Origin: a virus
Direction: 5' to 3' (one strand)
IMG/VR virus record: IMGVR_UViG_3300047550_002723
Location: 1-64,000 of that record
Length of the DNA stretch: 64,000 nt
This document shows, piece after piece, positions 1-10,149 of the stretch. The position numbers and the translations under genes were made by a program. Below the pieces are notes generated by a model. That model ran no database searches, was not told where the DNA came from, and was given only the letters and a program-made list of their open reading frames with translations. Position 1 is the first letter of the stretch. Each line of letters begins with the position of its first letter.

Positions 1-14
1 CATATTCTCAGTAT

Positions 15-1514
15 ATGCAAAATAGTTCTATGGGAGAGCAAGAAAAAGCGGAAGTAAGAGCAAAACTTTTTGGTAAAGAAGGTGGTGGAATGCAAGCAGA
101 AGACTTTACTAATTACATGAAAGACTCTGCTTCTAATGCAGTTTCAAAAGCACTCTATAAAGTTTTCTTGGAAAAAAATGAAGAAGTGGTTGACTTAAAT
201 CAACTCAAATATGGATTGGAAGAAAAAGTAAATGATACTTCTGAAGGAAAAAAATATAAAGTAAGAGTTACTGATCGTAAAAGTAACGTTACATATGTGA
301 GATATGCAACAAGACAGAAAATTAGTGAACTCAGAGCAAAAGGTCTCGAAGTTGAAATGACCGAATATGGAACTCCATATGAAGGTGAAAGAACAAAAGG
401 TGAAAAAACTGCTGAAGTTTTAGGTAACAGAGCAAAAAAAGATTATGATGGTGATGGTAAAGTAGAAAGTGGTGCTAAAGAGTATCGTGGTTCAGTTCAT
501 AACGCCATTCAACGCAAGAAAGGTGGAGTTGCTGATGGTAAAGATACCTCAAGCGTAAAAGAGAGTTTTTTAGGTGAGGTAGCGGCAACTGCAAATTTGC
601 CACAGACTGACGCTTCTCAACAAGTAAATCCCGATTCAAATTCTGCTCAGATTGATTTTACTACTAAAAGAAATAAAATAGTTGTAAATCCTACCGATAA
701 CTCACAAACAAAATTAATGGCACATCACGAAATGGATGGTGATGTAATTGTTGAAAATGGTTATTCTAAGTTCCTTAAAAAAGTTCATGCTCTTCAAGAA
801 AAAGCAGAAAGTGAGCAACAGCAAAAACTGTTTGGTCTTGCCCTTTCAGTTAAGAGGGGGAAAACACCAAGATCTGAAGTAAGTGCTGAAGTTCTTAAAA
901 TCGTTGATACGATGAGTGAGAAAAAAATTCGTGATTTTGCTAAGACTAAGCATGAAGGAATTCCTAAACAGAAAGTTCAGAAAGAAGAAACTGAGTGTGG
1001 TTCTGAGAAAGAAAATAAAGTAGATCGTCGTCCTCTTGAAACTGCAATTAATCTTGCAAAAAATAAAGCAAGAGCAATGGGTGCTAAAAATCCACTAGTA
1101 ATGGTTACTTCTGAACAAGCAAGTCCTGCACTTCCCGGAGAAAATAGACCTGGATCTCCAAAGGCACCCGGTGGTCGCCCTCATCTTCCTGGAGAAAAGC
1201 AAACTCCTCTTCCAAAAAAATCTACCAAATTGGAATTGGCATCATATGAACCAGAAGGTAAAGTTATTGATGAGAGAAGAAGAGAAGAAAAAGGAACTCC
1301 AAGGAAACCACGTGATCGAGCATTTGAGATAGTTGCTCAATCTATGGGAACTGGTAGAGCAGGAGTTCAACCTAGAGGAAAGAAAAAAGTTCCTGGCGAA
1401 AAACCACCTGCTGCGGGACAATATGGTGCTCCAGAATCTCCTGCACAAAAAGTAGCAAAACGTCGTGCTGCTGCTCAAAGGGCACAGGACAATATGAGTT
1501 CAAGATTTGATTGA
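15..1514 (+). CDS. Charged late protein, probable internal head/virion protein (likely 5'-truncated by window edge)
   Basis: 499-aa K/E-rich ORF; frame is open back to the window start; motifs KDYDGDGKVES, QQKLFGLALSVKRG, LASYEPEG typical of cyanomyovirus hypotheticals. Confidence 0.55.
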   Translation: MQNSSMGEQEKAEVRAKLFGKEGGGMQAEDFTNYMKDSASNAVSKALYKVFLEKNEEVVDLNQLKYGLEEKVNDTSEGKKYKVRVTDRKSNVTYVRYATRQKISELRAKGLEVEMTEYGTPYEGERTKGEKTAEVLGNRAKKDYDGDGKVESGAKEYRGSVHNAIQRKKGGVADGKDTSSVKESFLGEVAATANLPQTDASQQVNPDSNSAQIDFTTKRNKIVVNPTDNSQTKLMAHHEMDGDVIVENGYSKFLKKVHALQEKAESEQQQKLFGLALSVKRGKTPRSEVSAEVLKIVDTMSEKKIRDFAKTKHEGIPKQKVQKEETECGSEKENKVDRRPLETAINLAKNKARAMGAKNPLVMVTSEQASPALPGENRPGSPKAPGGRPHLPGEKQTPLPKKSTKLELASYEPEGKVIDERRREEKGTPRKPRDRAFEIVAQSMGTGRAGVQPRGKKKVPGEKPPAAGQYGAPESPAQKVAKRRAAAQRAQDNMSSRFD

Positions 1515-1553
1515 TTAATAAATAGGACAGGATACTCTCATACGGAGGACATT

Positions 1554-1727
1554 ATGGGTGCAGTAGTCGCAGTAGTAAAACCAATTCTGATTCAAATTGC
1601 AACACATCCAGCAGTTAAAAATTTAGTTCTTGATCTGCTTGCAAAGTATGTCAAGTCAACCGATAATAGCATTGATGATGTTGTTTATCAATTAGTTAAG
1701 GAAAATTTATTTAAACCTCAAGCATGA
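1554..1727 (+). CDS. Small hypothetical protein (57 aa)
   Basis: MGAVVAVVKPILIQIATHPAVKNLVLDLLAKYVKSTDNSIDD..., GGAGG RBS upstream; not in ORF track. Confidence 0.7.
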   Translation: MGAVVAVVKPILIQIATHPAVKNLVLDLLAKYVKSTDNSIDDVVYQLVKENLFKPQA

Positions 1728-1888
1728 TTACTTGCTTTTTAACTAATTGGGGAGTAACTATTACTCTTGGTTTATTATTAACTGCCTCAGAATGGTTAGC
1801 AAAAACAAAAAAAATTGAAGAAAATGGTTTATTAGATTTAATCAATCATTTTTTAAAAACACTCCTACATAAAAGAGACCAAAAGTAA
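1724..1888 (+). CDS. Small membrane protein (54 aa)
   Basis: ATGA overlap with previous gene; MITCFLTNWGVTITLGLLLTASEWLAKTKK... Confidence 0.6.
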   Translation: MITCFLTNWGVTITLGLLLTASEWLAKTKKIEENGLLDLINHFLKTLLHKRDQK

Positions 1889-1902
1889 AGGTCTCTTTTT
1901 TT

Positions 1903-1910
1903 TATAAATA
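1903..1910 (+). promoter_or_regulatory. T4-type late promoter TATAAATA
   Basis: Exact consensus after terminator hairpin AGAGACC..GGTCTCT-Tn, ~30 nt upstream of ORF 1942. Confidence 0.8.
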
Positions 1911-1941
1911 TCTTTAGAAAAGAATTCATAGGTAAGAAAAC

Positions 1942-2505
1942 ATGTCTCTTTGGGGCAATAAAGATTCTTTAAGCAATCTAACTGGAACTATAACAATTAA
2001 TCTTGCTACAAAAACAGTAACTGGAAGTGGAACGACTTTCGCAACTGCCGGAATTTCAACAGGTGATATTCTTGTAATTGGTGTTGGTGCTACTTACGGT
2101 CAAGCAGTTATTAGTGGAGTAACTTCTGCTACCCAATTGTCTATCGGATCTACTCAATTTATTATTGGAATAGGAACTGTAGGTTTTGGAGCAACTGTGG
2201 GAGTTGCCTATACAGTAACACAAAAACCAAAATACACTCTTGAAGACGGGCAATTCTTCGCACCCGATGTAAAGGCAAATAGATTTTCTACAGTTGTTGG
2301 TGTAGATACCACTGAAGTTGGTATTGCTCGCACAACAACTGTTGGTGGAAAAGCGGGTGCTTATGGAGTATCTCATGCCGGATGGGTTGGTATCGTCACA
2401 TATGTTGATAATCACGGAAACTTCAGAGTTAAATCAGAAACTCTTGTTGCTGGAAGTATGATTACCAGCGATGCAGACGATGACTCAAGATTCCCAGATT
2501 CCTGA
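1942..2505 (+). CDS. Virion structural protein (G/T/V-rich, beta-rich)
   Basis: Late promoter; MSLWGNKD start and HAGWV..RVKSETLVA end typical of cyanomyovirus structural proteins. Confidence 0.6.
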   Translation: MSLWGNKDSLSNLTGTITINLATKTVTGSGTTFATAGISTGDILVIGVGATYGQAVISGVTSATQLSIGSTQFIIGIGTVGFGATVGVAYTVTQKPKYTLEDGQFFAPDVKANRFSTVVGVDTTEVGIARTTTVGGKAGAYGVSHAGWVGIVTYVDNHGNFRVKSETLVAGSMITSDADDDSRFPDS

Positions 2506-2514
2506 TAATATGGT

Positions 2515-2886
2515 ATGAAATTTGATGAGTTGAATGAAGATAATTATTTACTATTCGCAATAAAATTTTATGATAATCCTCAATCAGTTACGTTTGAGGA
2601 TTTTGAATCTGATTTGAAAAGAATTAAGTATATAAAAAGATTATTAAAAAGATATAAAAATACTGGTGAGTTGAAAATTCATCTGATATTAAATCATTTA
2701 ACAGTTTTATTTAATGTTTTTAATGATGCCACTGTTCCATTATTATTTTATAATTTGGATGAAGATTTGTGGTCTTATATAAAAAGTTTTTTAATATTTT
2801 TGAATAGAATACCAGAATATCCAAAAACTTCAATAAATGATATTCCTGAAGATAAAGAATGTCTAAAGCAATTGCAATCAATTTAA
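2515..2886 (+). CDS. Conserved T4-like cyanophage hypothetical protein
   Basis: 123-aa ORF MKFDELNEDNYLLFAIKFYDNPQ..., usual position upstream of primase. Confidence 0.7.
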   Translation: MKFDELNEDNYLLFAIKFYDNPQSVTFEDFESDLKRIKYIKRLLKRYKNTGELKIHLILNHLTVLFNVFNDATVPLLFYNLDEDLWSYIKSFLIFLNRIPEYPKTSINDIPEDKECLKQLQSI

Positions 2887-3101
2887 TGGAAAGCAAAATA
2901 AATAGAATTATTGATATCATTCATTCTCTTAAGGAGGAAGGTATGGTAACTGGTACTCCTACTAATAATATTTCGAGTGGAAATATTGCAAAGTATGATC
3001 CAGTGATGGGATTTACCAGAAGAAAAGTTCCAACAATTATAGGGAAAGGTAAGTTTCCTGGTTCTAGAACACGTTGGAAAAACACTAATATTCACAATTA
3101 G
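2886..3101 (+). CDS. Hypothetical protein
   Basis: TAATG coupling to previous gene; MESKINRIIDIIHSLKEE... Confidence 0.6.
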   Translation: MESKINRIIDIIHSLKEEGMVTGTPTNNISSGNIAKYDPVMGFTRRKVPTIIGKGKFPGSRTRWKNTNIHN

Positions 3102-3105
3102 AACA

Positions 3106-3528
3106 ATGTTCCAACAATCATCTACCGAAACAAAGATAGCATTACTCGAAGAGCGCATTAATGTTTATGAGCAGATGATGGAACGCATTGATACAGCAAT
3201 TCAAAAGATTGGAGAGACAAGTCAAAATATCAGTCAAATGCTTGCTATTCATAATGAAAAGATTGAACAATGTAATCGTACAGATAGTATAATTGTAACA
3301 ATGATTGAAGATATAAAAAAATCTTCAAAAGAACAACACGATCAAATAAGTGAAAAGTTAGGTGAAAGAATAGAAAAAGTAGAAGAAAAAGTAGAAAGTA
3401 TTTCAAAATTTAGATGGCAAGTATTAGGTGGTTTAGCAGTAGTTGCTATCTTTATTAAATTTGCCCCACCAGCATTTAATCTCTTGACACCCCGCACTTC
3501 TCCTGTTACAGTAGAAAGACTGAAATAA
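3106..3528 (+). CDS. Coiled-coil protein with C-terminal transmembrane helix
   Basis: Heptad-rich body, RWQVLGGLAVVAIFIKF tail. Confidence 0.65.
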   Translation: MFQQSSTETKIALLEERINVYEQMMERIDTAIQKIGETSQNISQMLAIHNEKIEQCNRTDSIIVTMIEDIKKSSKEQHDQISEKLGERIEKVEEKVESISKFRWQVLGGLAVVAIFIKFAPPAFNLLTPRTSPVTVERLK

Positions 3529-3539
3529 GCACTCTCATA

Positions 3540-4511
3540 ATGGATTTGGTTGATTCCAAGTATATTGGACTAGTTTCATCACGTCTACAAAAATTTAAGA
3601 GGGTTAAAACGGATCTCTACAACTTCCGCTGCCCTCTTTGTGGTGATTCTAAACGTAACAAAAGTAAAACTAGGGGTTACTTATATTCTGTAAAAAGTAA
3701 CACCAACTTTAAGTGTCATAATTGTGGTGCAAGCATGTCTTTCAATAACTTCTTGAAGGAGTTAGATTCTATGCTTCATAAGCAATACACACTTGAGAAG
3801 TTTAAGGAAGGACACACTGGTAAAAACTTTGTGGTTGAAGAACCAAAGTTTGAGTTTTCTAAACCCATCTTCAAAAAAAAACTAGACTTACCAAAGGCAT
3901 CAGAGAATCCTGCATCCAGAGAGTATCTGGAAAAACGAAAATTAGATCCTGAAAAGTTTTATTATGCTGATAAATTCAGAGAGTGGGTGAATACTCAAAA
4001 ACATACTTTCAACACTATTGGTAGGGATGAGAGTCGCATTATTATACCAATGTATGATAGTGAGAATAATCTTATCGGTTTTCAGGGAAGAGCATTAGGT
4101 ACTAACCTTGTTAAATATATCACTGTGATGCTTTCTGATGACGCACCAAAAATCTATGGGATGGAGAAGATTGATTCTACGAAACCCATTTACATCGTTG
4201 AAGGACCCTTCGACTCCACGTTTATACAAAATGCTGTTGCTATGTGTGGGTCCGACCTTGATATTAGGTCGTTTGGTTGGTGCGATTATATTTACGTTTT
4301 TGATAACGAACCACGTAATCGAGAAATCGTCAACAGAATATCAAAAATCATCGACAGAGGTGACAAAGTAGTGATTTGGCCAGCAACTATTCATCACAAG
4401 GACATTAATGATTGTGTGCTCGCTGGACTTAATGTTATGGATGTGTTAAAATCAAATATCTACTCTGGTTTAGAAGCAAAAATCAAATTTAACAATTGGA
4501 AGAGAATATGA
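3540..4511 (+). CDS. gp61: DNA primase (T4 gp61-like)
   Basis: N-terminal Zn finger CPLCGDS..CHNCG; TOPRIM motifs VEGPFDS, FDNEPRN, KDIND. Confidence 0.95.
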   Translation: MDLVDSKYIGLVSSRLQKFKRVKTDLYNFRCPLCGDSKRNKSKTRGYLYSVKSNTNFKCHNCGASMSFNNFLKELDSMLHKQYTLEKFKEGHTGKNFVVEEPKFEFSKPIFKKKLDLPKASENPASREYLEKRKLDPEKFYYADKFREWVNTQKHTFNTIGRDESRIIIPMYDSENNLIGFQGRALGTNLVKYITVMLSDDAPKIYGMEKIDSTKPIYIVEGPFDSTFIQNAVAMCGSDLDIRSFGWCDYIYVFDNEPRNREIVNRISKIIDRGDKVVIWPATIHHKDINDCVLAGLNVMDVLKSNIYSGLEAKIKFNNWKRI

Positions 4512-6808
4512 GTAACGGAACAAAAGTCGTTAAAAGAAATGGTGCCACTGAGGTATTGGAGTTGAATAAACTTCATGTAATGGTAGAAGAGGCATGTAAG
4601 GATCTTGCAGGGGTCTCTGCAAGTCAAGTTGAGATGCAATCTGGTATTCAATTTTATGATGGTATTACCACTGCAGAGATTCAGGAAATTTTGATTCGCT
4701 CTGCTTCTGATCTAATTGATCTGGATCATCCTAACTATCAGTTTGTTGCAGCTCGTTTGCTGTTGTTTGCTCTTCGAAAACAATTGTTTGGTCGTATACA
4801 TGAATGTCCTACCGTAAAACAGCATGTAGAACGTTGTGTGGGTAGAGGTGTTTATGACCCAGAGATTCTGTCGATGTATTCCCATGAAGAGTTTGAAAAA
4901 CTTCAGTCGTTCATTGATCATAGTCGTGACTATTTGTTCACTTATGCAGGTCTACGTCAGGTCGTTGATAAGTACCTCGTGCAGGACAGAAGTTCTGGGG
5001 CACTTTATGAAACGCCACAGTTTATGTACCTTTTGATTGCAGCAACCATCTTTTCCAAGTATCCAAAAGAAACACGTCTAGATTACGTTAAGAGGTATTA
5101 TGACGCAATCAGCAAGCACAAAATCAACATTCCAACACCAATCATGGCAGGTGTTAGAACCCCACTTCGCCAATATGCAAGTTGCGTTCTTGTTGATGTT
5201 GATGACACCTTGCCTAGTATCGAGTCAAGTGATTCTGCAATTTTTAGGTATGTTGCTCAAAGAGCAGGAATTGGTATCAACGCAGGTCGAATCCGTGGGA
5301 TCAACAGTAAAATCAGAGGTGGAGAAGTTCAGCACACTGGCGTTATTCCATTTCTCAAAAAGTTTGAGGCAACTGTCAGAAGTTGCACTCAAAATGGCAT
5401 CAGAGGTGGATCAGCAACTGTCCACTTCCCAATCTGGCACCAAGAAATAGAAGATATTCTTGTATTAAAAAATAACAAAGGAACCGAAGATAATCGTGTT
5501 CGTAAGTTAGACTATAGTATCCAAATCTCTAAACTCTTCTATGAACGATTTATCCGCAACGAAGAGATCTCACTCTTCTCTCCACACAACGTTCCTGGTT
5601 TGTATGATGCTTTTGGTCTTGATGGATTTGATGAGTTATACAATGCTTACGAACGAGATGAGTCTATTCCAAGGAAAACTATTGGCGGTCAAGAACTATT
5701 TCTTTCACTCCTGAAAGAAAGAGCAGAGACTGGTCGTATTTACATTATGAATATTGACCACTGCAACTCTCATTCATCATTTGTTGATAAAGTTGAGATG
5801 AGCAATCTGTGTCAGGAAATTACCCTGCCCACCAAACCTCTTCAACACATTGATGATACTGATGGTGAAATTGCTCTTTGCATTCTTTCTGCTATTAATG
5901 TTGGTAAAATCAGGGATCTTGAGGATCTTCAAGTTCTTTGCGATCTTGCTGTTAGGAGTCTTGATGAACTTATTGATTTTCAAGGATATCCCGTCAGAGC
6001 AGCAGAAATCGCCACCAAGGCACGTCGTTCTCTGGGTGTAGGTTTTATTGGTTTGGCACATTATCTTGCCAAGCACGGCGAGCATTATGATGACCCTGGT
6101 GCTTGGAAACTAGTCCACGATTTGACAGAAGCATTCCAGTATTACCTAATTCAAGCAACTGTTAATCTTGCAAAAGAAAAAGGTGCGTGTGAATACTCAC
6201 ATCGCACTAAGTATGGGCAAGGTATTCTACCAATTGATACATACAAGAAGGATGTGGATGAAATCGTTCCAAACGAACTGAAGTATGATTGGGAAGGTCT
6301 TAGAGCACAGGTTAAGCAGTATGGGGTTAGAAACTCAACACTGTCCGCACAGATGCCATCGGAGAGCAGTTCCGTTGTGTCAAATGCAACAAATGGAATC
6401 GAACCACCTCGCGGATACTTGTCCATTAAGAAATCGAAGAAAGGACCACTTAAGCAGATTGTTCCTCAGTATCAAACACTTAAGAACAATTATACGCTGC
6501 TGTGGGATATGCCTAGCAATCGTGGTTATATTCATATTGTTGCTGTTATGCAAAAATTCTTCGATCAAGCGATTTCTGGAAACTGGTCGTATAATCCAGA
6601 GAATTATGCCGATAATGAAGTTCCTACTTCAATAATGGCACAAGATCTTTTGACTACATATAAGTACGGCTGGAAAACCAGTTATTACCAAAACACTTAT
6701 GATAACAAGTCTGATGAGGTAAGTGAAGATAAAATCCAAAAGTTGGATTCGTTAATTGATGAAATTCTAGAACTAGGAGAAGAGGATTGTGAGTCTTGTA
6801 AGATTTAA
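4508..6808 (+). CDS. nrdA: Ribonucleotide reductase class Ia alpha subunit
   Basis: ATP cone (VVKRNG), PTPIMAG, ASCVL, SNLCQEI catalytic motif, C-terminal CESCKI; ATG at 4508 overlaps primase stop. Confidence 0.97.
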   Translation: MSNGTKVVKRNGATEVLELNKLHVMVEEACKDLAGVSASQVEMQSGIQFYDGITTAEIQEILIRSASDLIDLDHPNYQFVAARLLLFALRKQLFGRIHECPTVKQHVERCVGRGVYDPEILSMYSHEEFEKLQSFIDHSRDYLFTYAGLRQVVDKYLVQDRSSGALYETPQFMYLLIAATIFSKYPKETRLDYVKRYYDAISKHKINIPTPIMAGVRTPLRQYASCVLVDVDDTLPSIESSDSAIFRYVAQRAGIGINAGRIRGINSKIRGGEVQHTGVIPFLKKFEATVRSCTQNGIRGGSATVHFPIWHQEIEDILVLKNNKGTEDNRVRKLDYSIQISKLFYERFIRNEEISLFSPHNVPGLYDAFGLDGFDELYNAYERDESIPRKTIGGQELFLSLLKERAETGRIYIMNIDHCNSHSSFVDKVEMSNLCQEITLPTKPLQHIDDTDGEIALCILSAINVGKIRDLEDLQVLCDLAVRSLDELIDFQGYPVRAAEIATKARRSLGVGFIGLAHYLAKHGEHYDDPGAWKLVHDLTEAFQYYLIQATVNLAKEKGACEYSHRTKYGQGILPIDTYKKDVDEIVPNELKYDWEGLRAQVKQYGVRNSTLSAQMPSESSSVVSNATNGIEPPRGYLSIKKSKKGPLKQIVPQYQTLKNNYTLLWDMPSNRGYIHIVAVMQKFFDQAISGNWSYNPENYADNEVPTSIMAQDLLTTYKYGWKTSYYQNTYDNKSDEVSEDKIQKLDSLIDEILELGEEDCESCKI

Positions 6809-7973
6809 AACTAACGCACAGGAGAAACCAATGGTCGAATCAATGACCGTTTTTAATTCTCAAGAAGTAGACACCAAAAAGCAACCAATGTTTTTTGGCC
6901 AACCACTAGGAATTCAAAGATATGATTCTTACAAATATCCAATCTTCGATAAATTAACAACACAGCAATTAGGTTATTTCTGGAGACCAGAAGAGGTATC
7001 TCTTCAAAAAGATCGTAGCGATTACCATATGCTACGCCCAGAACAAAAACACATCTTCACCAGTAACCTGAAGTATCAGGTGATGCTGGATTCTGTTCAA
7101 GGTCGTGGACCTGGTATGGCGTTCGCGCCCTATTGCTCACTCCCTGAACTGGAAGCGTGTATGAAGGTATGGGAATTTATGGAGATGATCCATTCCCGTT
7201 CATACACTTATATCATCAAGAACGTTTATTCAGACCCATCTGAAGTGTTTGATACTATCTTAAAAGAAGATCGTATCATGGAGCGAGCAGTGAGTGTGAC
7301 TCAAGCATATAATGATTTTATCAATAGTGCTCATCGCTATGACAATTCTGACGAATGGGCTCATGCATTAGAACAAGTACCATACGCACAAGAGGCAAGG
7401 TATGAACTCAAACGCAAACTCTTTAGAGCAGTTGCAAATGTTAATATTCTTGAAGGTATTCGCTTTTATGTCAGTTTCGCTTGCAGTTTTGCATTTGGCG
7501 AACTCAAACTTATGGAAGGAAGTGCAAAAATCATCTCATTGATTGCTCGTGATGAAAATCAGCATCTGGTTATCACACAGAACATTCTGAATAAGTGGAA
7601 AGAAGGTGATGATCCAGAAATGGCACGTATCGCCAAAGAGGAAGAGCAATGGTTCTATAAGACCTTTGAGAATGCAGTAAATCAAGAAAAACTTTGGGCA
7701 GAGTATCTGTTCAAGGATGGTTCGATGATTGGTCTAAATGACAAACTGCTACAACAGTATGTTGAATGGATTGCAAACCGTAGAATGAAAGCAATTGGAC
7801 TCAAACCACTTTATGATATTTCAGCAAAAAATAATCCTCTTCCCTGGACAGAGCATTGGATTTCTTCGAAAGGTCTTCAAGTTGCCCCACAAGAAACTGA
7901 AGTTGAATCATATATCGTAGGAGGAATCAAACAGGATGTTACCAAAGATACTTTCTCAGGATTCCAACTATGA
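6789..7973 (+). CDS. nrdB: Ribonucleotide reductase class Ia beta subunit
   Basis: FWRPEEV, EMIHSRSY, LEGIRFYVSF, DENQH, APQETEVESY motifs; start may be GTG 6789 or ATG 6831. Confidence 0.97.
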   Translation: MSLVRFKTNAQEKPMVESMTVFNSQEVDTKKQPMFFGQPLGIQRYDSYKYPIFDKLTTQQLGYFWRPEEVSLQKDRSDYHMLRPEQKHIFTSNLKYQVMLDSVQGRGPGMAFAPYCSLPELEACMKVWEFMEMIHSRSYTYIIKNVYSDPSEVFDTILKEDRIMERAVSVTQAYNDFINSAHRYDNSDEWAHALEQVPYAQEARYELKRKLFRAVANVNILEGIRFYVSFACSFAFGELKLMEGSAKIISLIARDENQHLVITQNILNKWKEGDDPEMARIAKEEEQWFYKTFENAVNQEKLWAEYLFKDGSMIGLNDKLLQQYVEWIANRRMKAIGLKPLYDISAKNNPLPWTEHWISSKGLQVAPQETEVESYIVGGIKQDVTKDTFSGFQL

Positions 7974-8082
7974 TGAATGGTGCGAACAGGAAATTCTGAA
8001 TGCATATCAAGAAGCAGCAGAATCTGACGAGTTTCTGTTTGGTGATTACGATTTTAAGAAAGAATGGTTAGAGGGTCGTTAA
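7936..8082 (+). CDS. Small acidic hypothetical protein (48 aa)
   Basis: MLPKILSQDSNYDEWCEQEILNAYQEAAE... overlapping nrdB 3' end; not in ORF track. Confidence 0.5.
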   Translation: MLPKILSQDSNYDEWCEQEILNAYQEAAESDEFLFGDYDFKKEWLEGR

Positions 8083-8097
8083 GACCCTCTTTTTTTA
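8071..8097 (+). terminator. Intrinsic terminator
   Basis: GAGGGTC-gttaa-GACCCTC followed by T-run. Confidence 0.8.
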
Positions 8098-8141
8098 TAA
8101 ATAAAATTATAAAAACATATGTTTTTATAAATAAAATTATA
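8092..8141 (+). promoter_or_regulatory. Duplicated late promoter (2x TATAAATA, 30-bp period)
   Basis: TTTTTATAAATAAAATTATA at 8092-8111 and 8122-8141. Confidence 0.8.
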
Positions 8142-8160
8142 GAAAAAACAAAAAGAAAAA

Positions 8161-10062
8161 ATGTCTAGAATTACGGGAACTGATGCTTTTGGTTTGATGG
8201 AGGCGTATAATTCAATTTATACTTCAACAGAAGAACAAATTGAAATAGAAGAACTTGGAATTTCAATTATAGAAAATGCAGCTAATGTTTTATTTTCTCA
8301 AGGATATGATGTAAATGATTTATGCGATTATTTCGAAGAAGCAAGTACTGAAGTAATTTCTGAAGATTATTTAAATTTTGCAGAAGGACAAACATACATC
8401 TCTGAGAGTTTTATTGTTTCTGATGAGTATATGCAGGAACAAATTGAACTTTTGAATATGATTTTAGATGAGGCATCACAAACTCGTCTACAAAAAATGG
8501 CAGACAAAAAAAATAAAATTTTAACTGGGCCCACCGGAAGTAAACCACATTCAACAACTAATGCTGCAATTAAAAAATATGGGGGAACTATAAGAAGCAA
8601 TATTTCTGGTGGAATACCAAGTACTATAAAACAAAATAAACCAAGTACACCTTCATCAAATCCAAGGGTAACTTCTTCATCAAATAGGGTTACATCTAAT
8701 TATTCTGTCCCAGCATCACAGATGGGACCAAAATTACCACCAAAACCTGGTATTCTTCAAAGAGCAGGTAATTTTGCTAAAGGTTTGATGAGTAAGGCAA
8801 AAGATGTTGTAAAGAAAATTCCGGGCGCTGGAACGGCAGCAAAGATTGCAAAAAGTCCAATTGGAAAATTTGCCGGAAAAGTTGGAAGTAGAGTTCTTCC
8901 TGGTGTTGGTGTTGTTGCTTATGGTGCTGATGCTGCAAATAGATTTAAAAAAGGCGATTGGGGTGGAGGTCTTTTAAGTACAGCAGGTGCAGTTACATCT
9001 GCAATTCCTGGTGCTGGACTTGTTGCCGGATTAGCACCTGCTGGCATCCAGATGGCAACCGATGCTTTAGGTCTTACAGGAGATAAAAGTAGAAAAGGTA
9101 ATGCACCAACAGGATCACCAAAACCAACCAAATATGGTATGGTTGATACCAGTAAGGGTATGAGATATAAGTCTTCATCAGATAATAAGCATTATAAGAA
9201 TTACAATGATGCTTTGGCGGCAAGAAATTCAAGACTTGGTGTAAAATCAACTCCTGCTGCTACTCCTGCTCCTGCAACGTCACCAAAACCAGTTGCGTCA
9301 ACTCCTGCCCCTGCAAAACCAGCAACTACTACAGCACCTGCAAAACCAGCAGCGACTCCTGCAAAACCAGATTATGGAACTTGGGCGAAAAAGTATCCAG
9401 ATCTTGCAGCAAAAGTAAAACCTGGTCAAGCGGGATATGATGAGATTTCTGCAACTAGAACTAAACCAGGTCCAAATGAAAAGCAAGATCAAACTCCAAC
9501 TCAAGGACCATCAACTGCACAAATTGATACTAAATCTATAGAAGCAGATCTTAAGAGAGATCAGGAAAGACAACAGAAAAAATTGGAACAGCAAAATAAA
9601 ACCCCTGTAACTGCAAAAGAGTCATATGAACCTTATGATGTTGTTTTAAATTACTTACTCTCTGAAGGTCATGCAGATACCTTAGAAGAGGCAAATTACA
9701 TCATGTTGGAAATGGATGAAAAGGCAATTGGTATAATCATGGAACAATATGAGGATTATTTACTTGCTGAAGAAATTCAAAAGTGGGTAAATGGTCTTGT
9801 AGAGGAAGGTTATGATCTTTCACAATATACCTGGGATGATATGATTGAGTATTATGTAAATGAAGCAAAAGAGGATGAAGAATTAACACCACTTCAAAAA
9901 ATTAGAAAAAGAAATAAGGCATATGCTATTCCCGGTGAACCAGCAGGTCAACAAACTTCAAATCGTAGAGCAGAGCGTTCATCTCAAAGAGGAGTTAAAA
10001 AACAAAAAGGAGAGAAAAGTGCTTTTGGAACCATGAGACATGTTGGTGGTCCATATAAGTAA
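8161..10062 (+). CDS. Large late protein, probable internal virion/ejection protein
   Basis: Acidic helical termini with repeated L-x-x-EG(Y/H) modules, central basic, Gly-hydrophobic and PA-rich segments; late promoter. Confidence 0.55.
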   Translation: MSRITGTDAFGLMEAYNSIYTSTEEQIEIEELGISIIENAANVLFSQGYDVNDLCDYFEEASTEVISEDYLNFAEGQTYISESFIVSDEYMQEQIELLNMILDEASQTRLQKMADKKNKILTGPTGSKPHSTTNAAIKKYGGTIRSNISGGIPSTIKQNKPSTPSSNPRVTSSSNRVTSNYSVPASQMGPKLPPKPGILQRAGNFAKGLMSKAKDVVKKIPGAGTAAKIAKSPIGKFAGKVGSRVLPGVGVVAYGADAANRFKKGDWGGGLLSTAGAVTSAIPGAGLVAGLAPAGIQMATDALGLTGDKSRKGNAPTGSPKPTKYGMVDTSKGMRYKSSSDNKHYKNYNDALAARNSRLGVKSTPAATPAPATSPKPVASTPAPAKPATTTAPAKPAATPAKPDYGTWAKKYPDLAAKVKPGQAGYDEISATRTKPGPNEKQDQTPTQGPSTAQIDTKSIEADLKRDQERQQKKLEQQNKTPVTAKESYEPYDVVLNYLLSEGHADTLEEANYIMLEMDEKAIGIIMEQYEDYLLAEEIQKWVNGLVEEGYDLSQYTWDDMIEYYVNEAKEDEELTPLQKIRKRNKAYAIPGEPAGQQTSNRRAERSSQRGVKKQKGEKSAFGTMRHVGGPYK

Positions 10063-10086
10063 TTTAAGAAGATTATAACATCTTCA

Positions 10087-10122
10087 AGGGGGCTTGACAA
10101 GTCCCCTTTTTTTGTCTAGACT
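10087..10122 (+). terminator. Terminator hairpin overlapping sigma70-type promoter
   Basis: GGGGGCTTG/CAAGTCCCC hairpin + T-run; TTGACA(10094)-17bp-TAGACT(10117). Confidence 0.65.
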
Positions 10123-10149
10123 ACCTTTGTCCCGGTTGAAGATGAGGCT

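Noticed and set aside
4508-7973. Introns or inteins in nrdA/nrdB
   Set aside because: Both frames are continuous and of normal length
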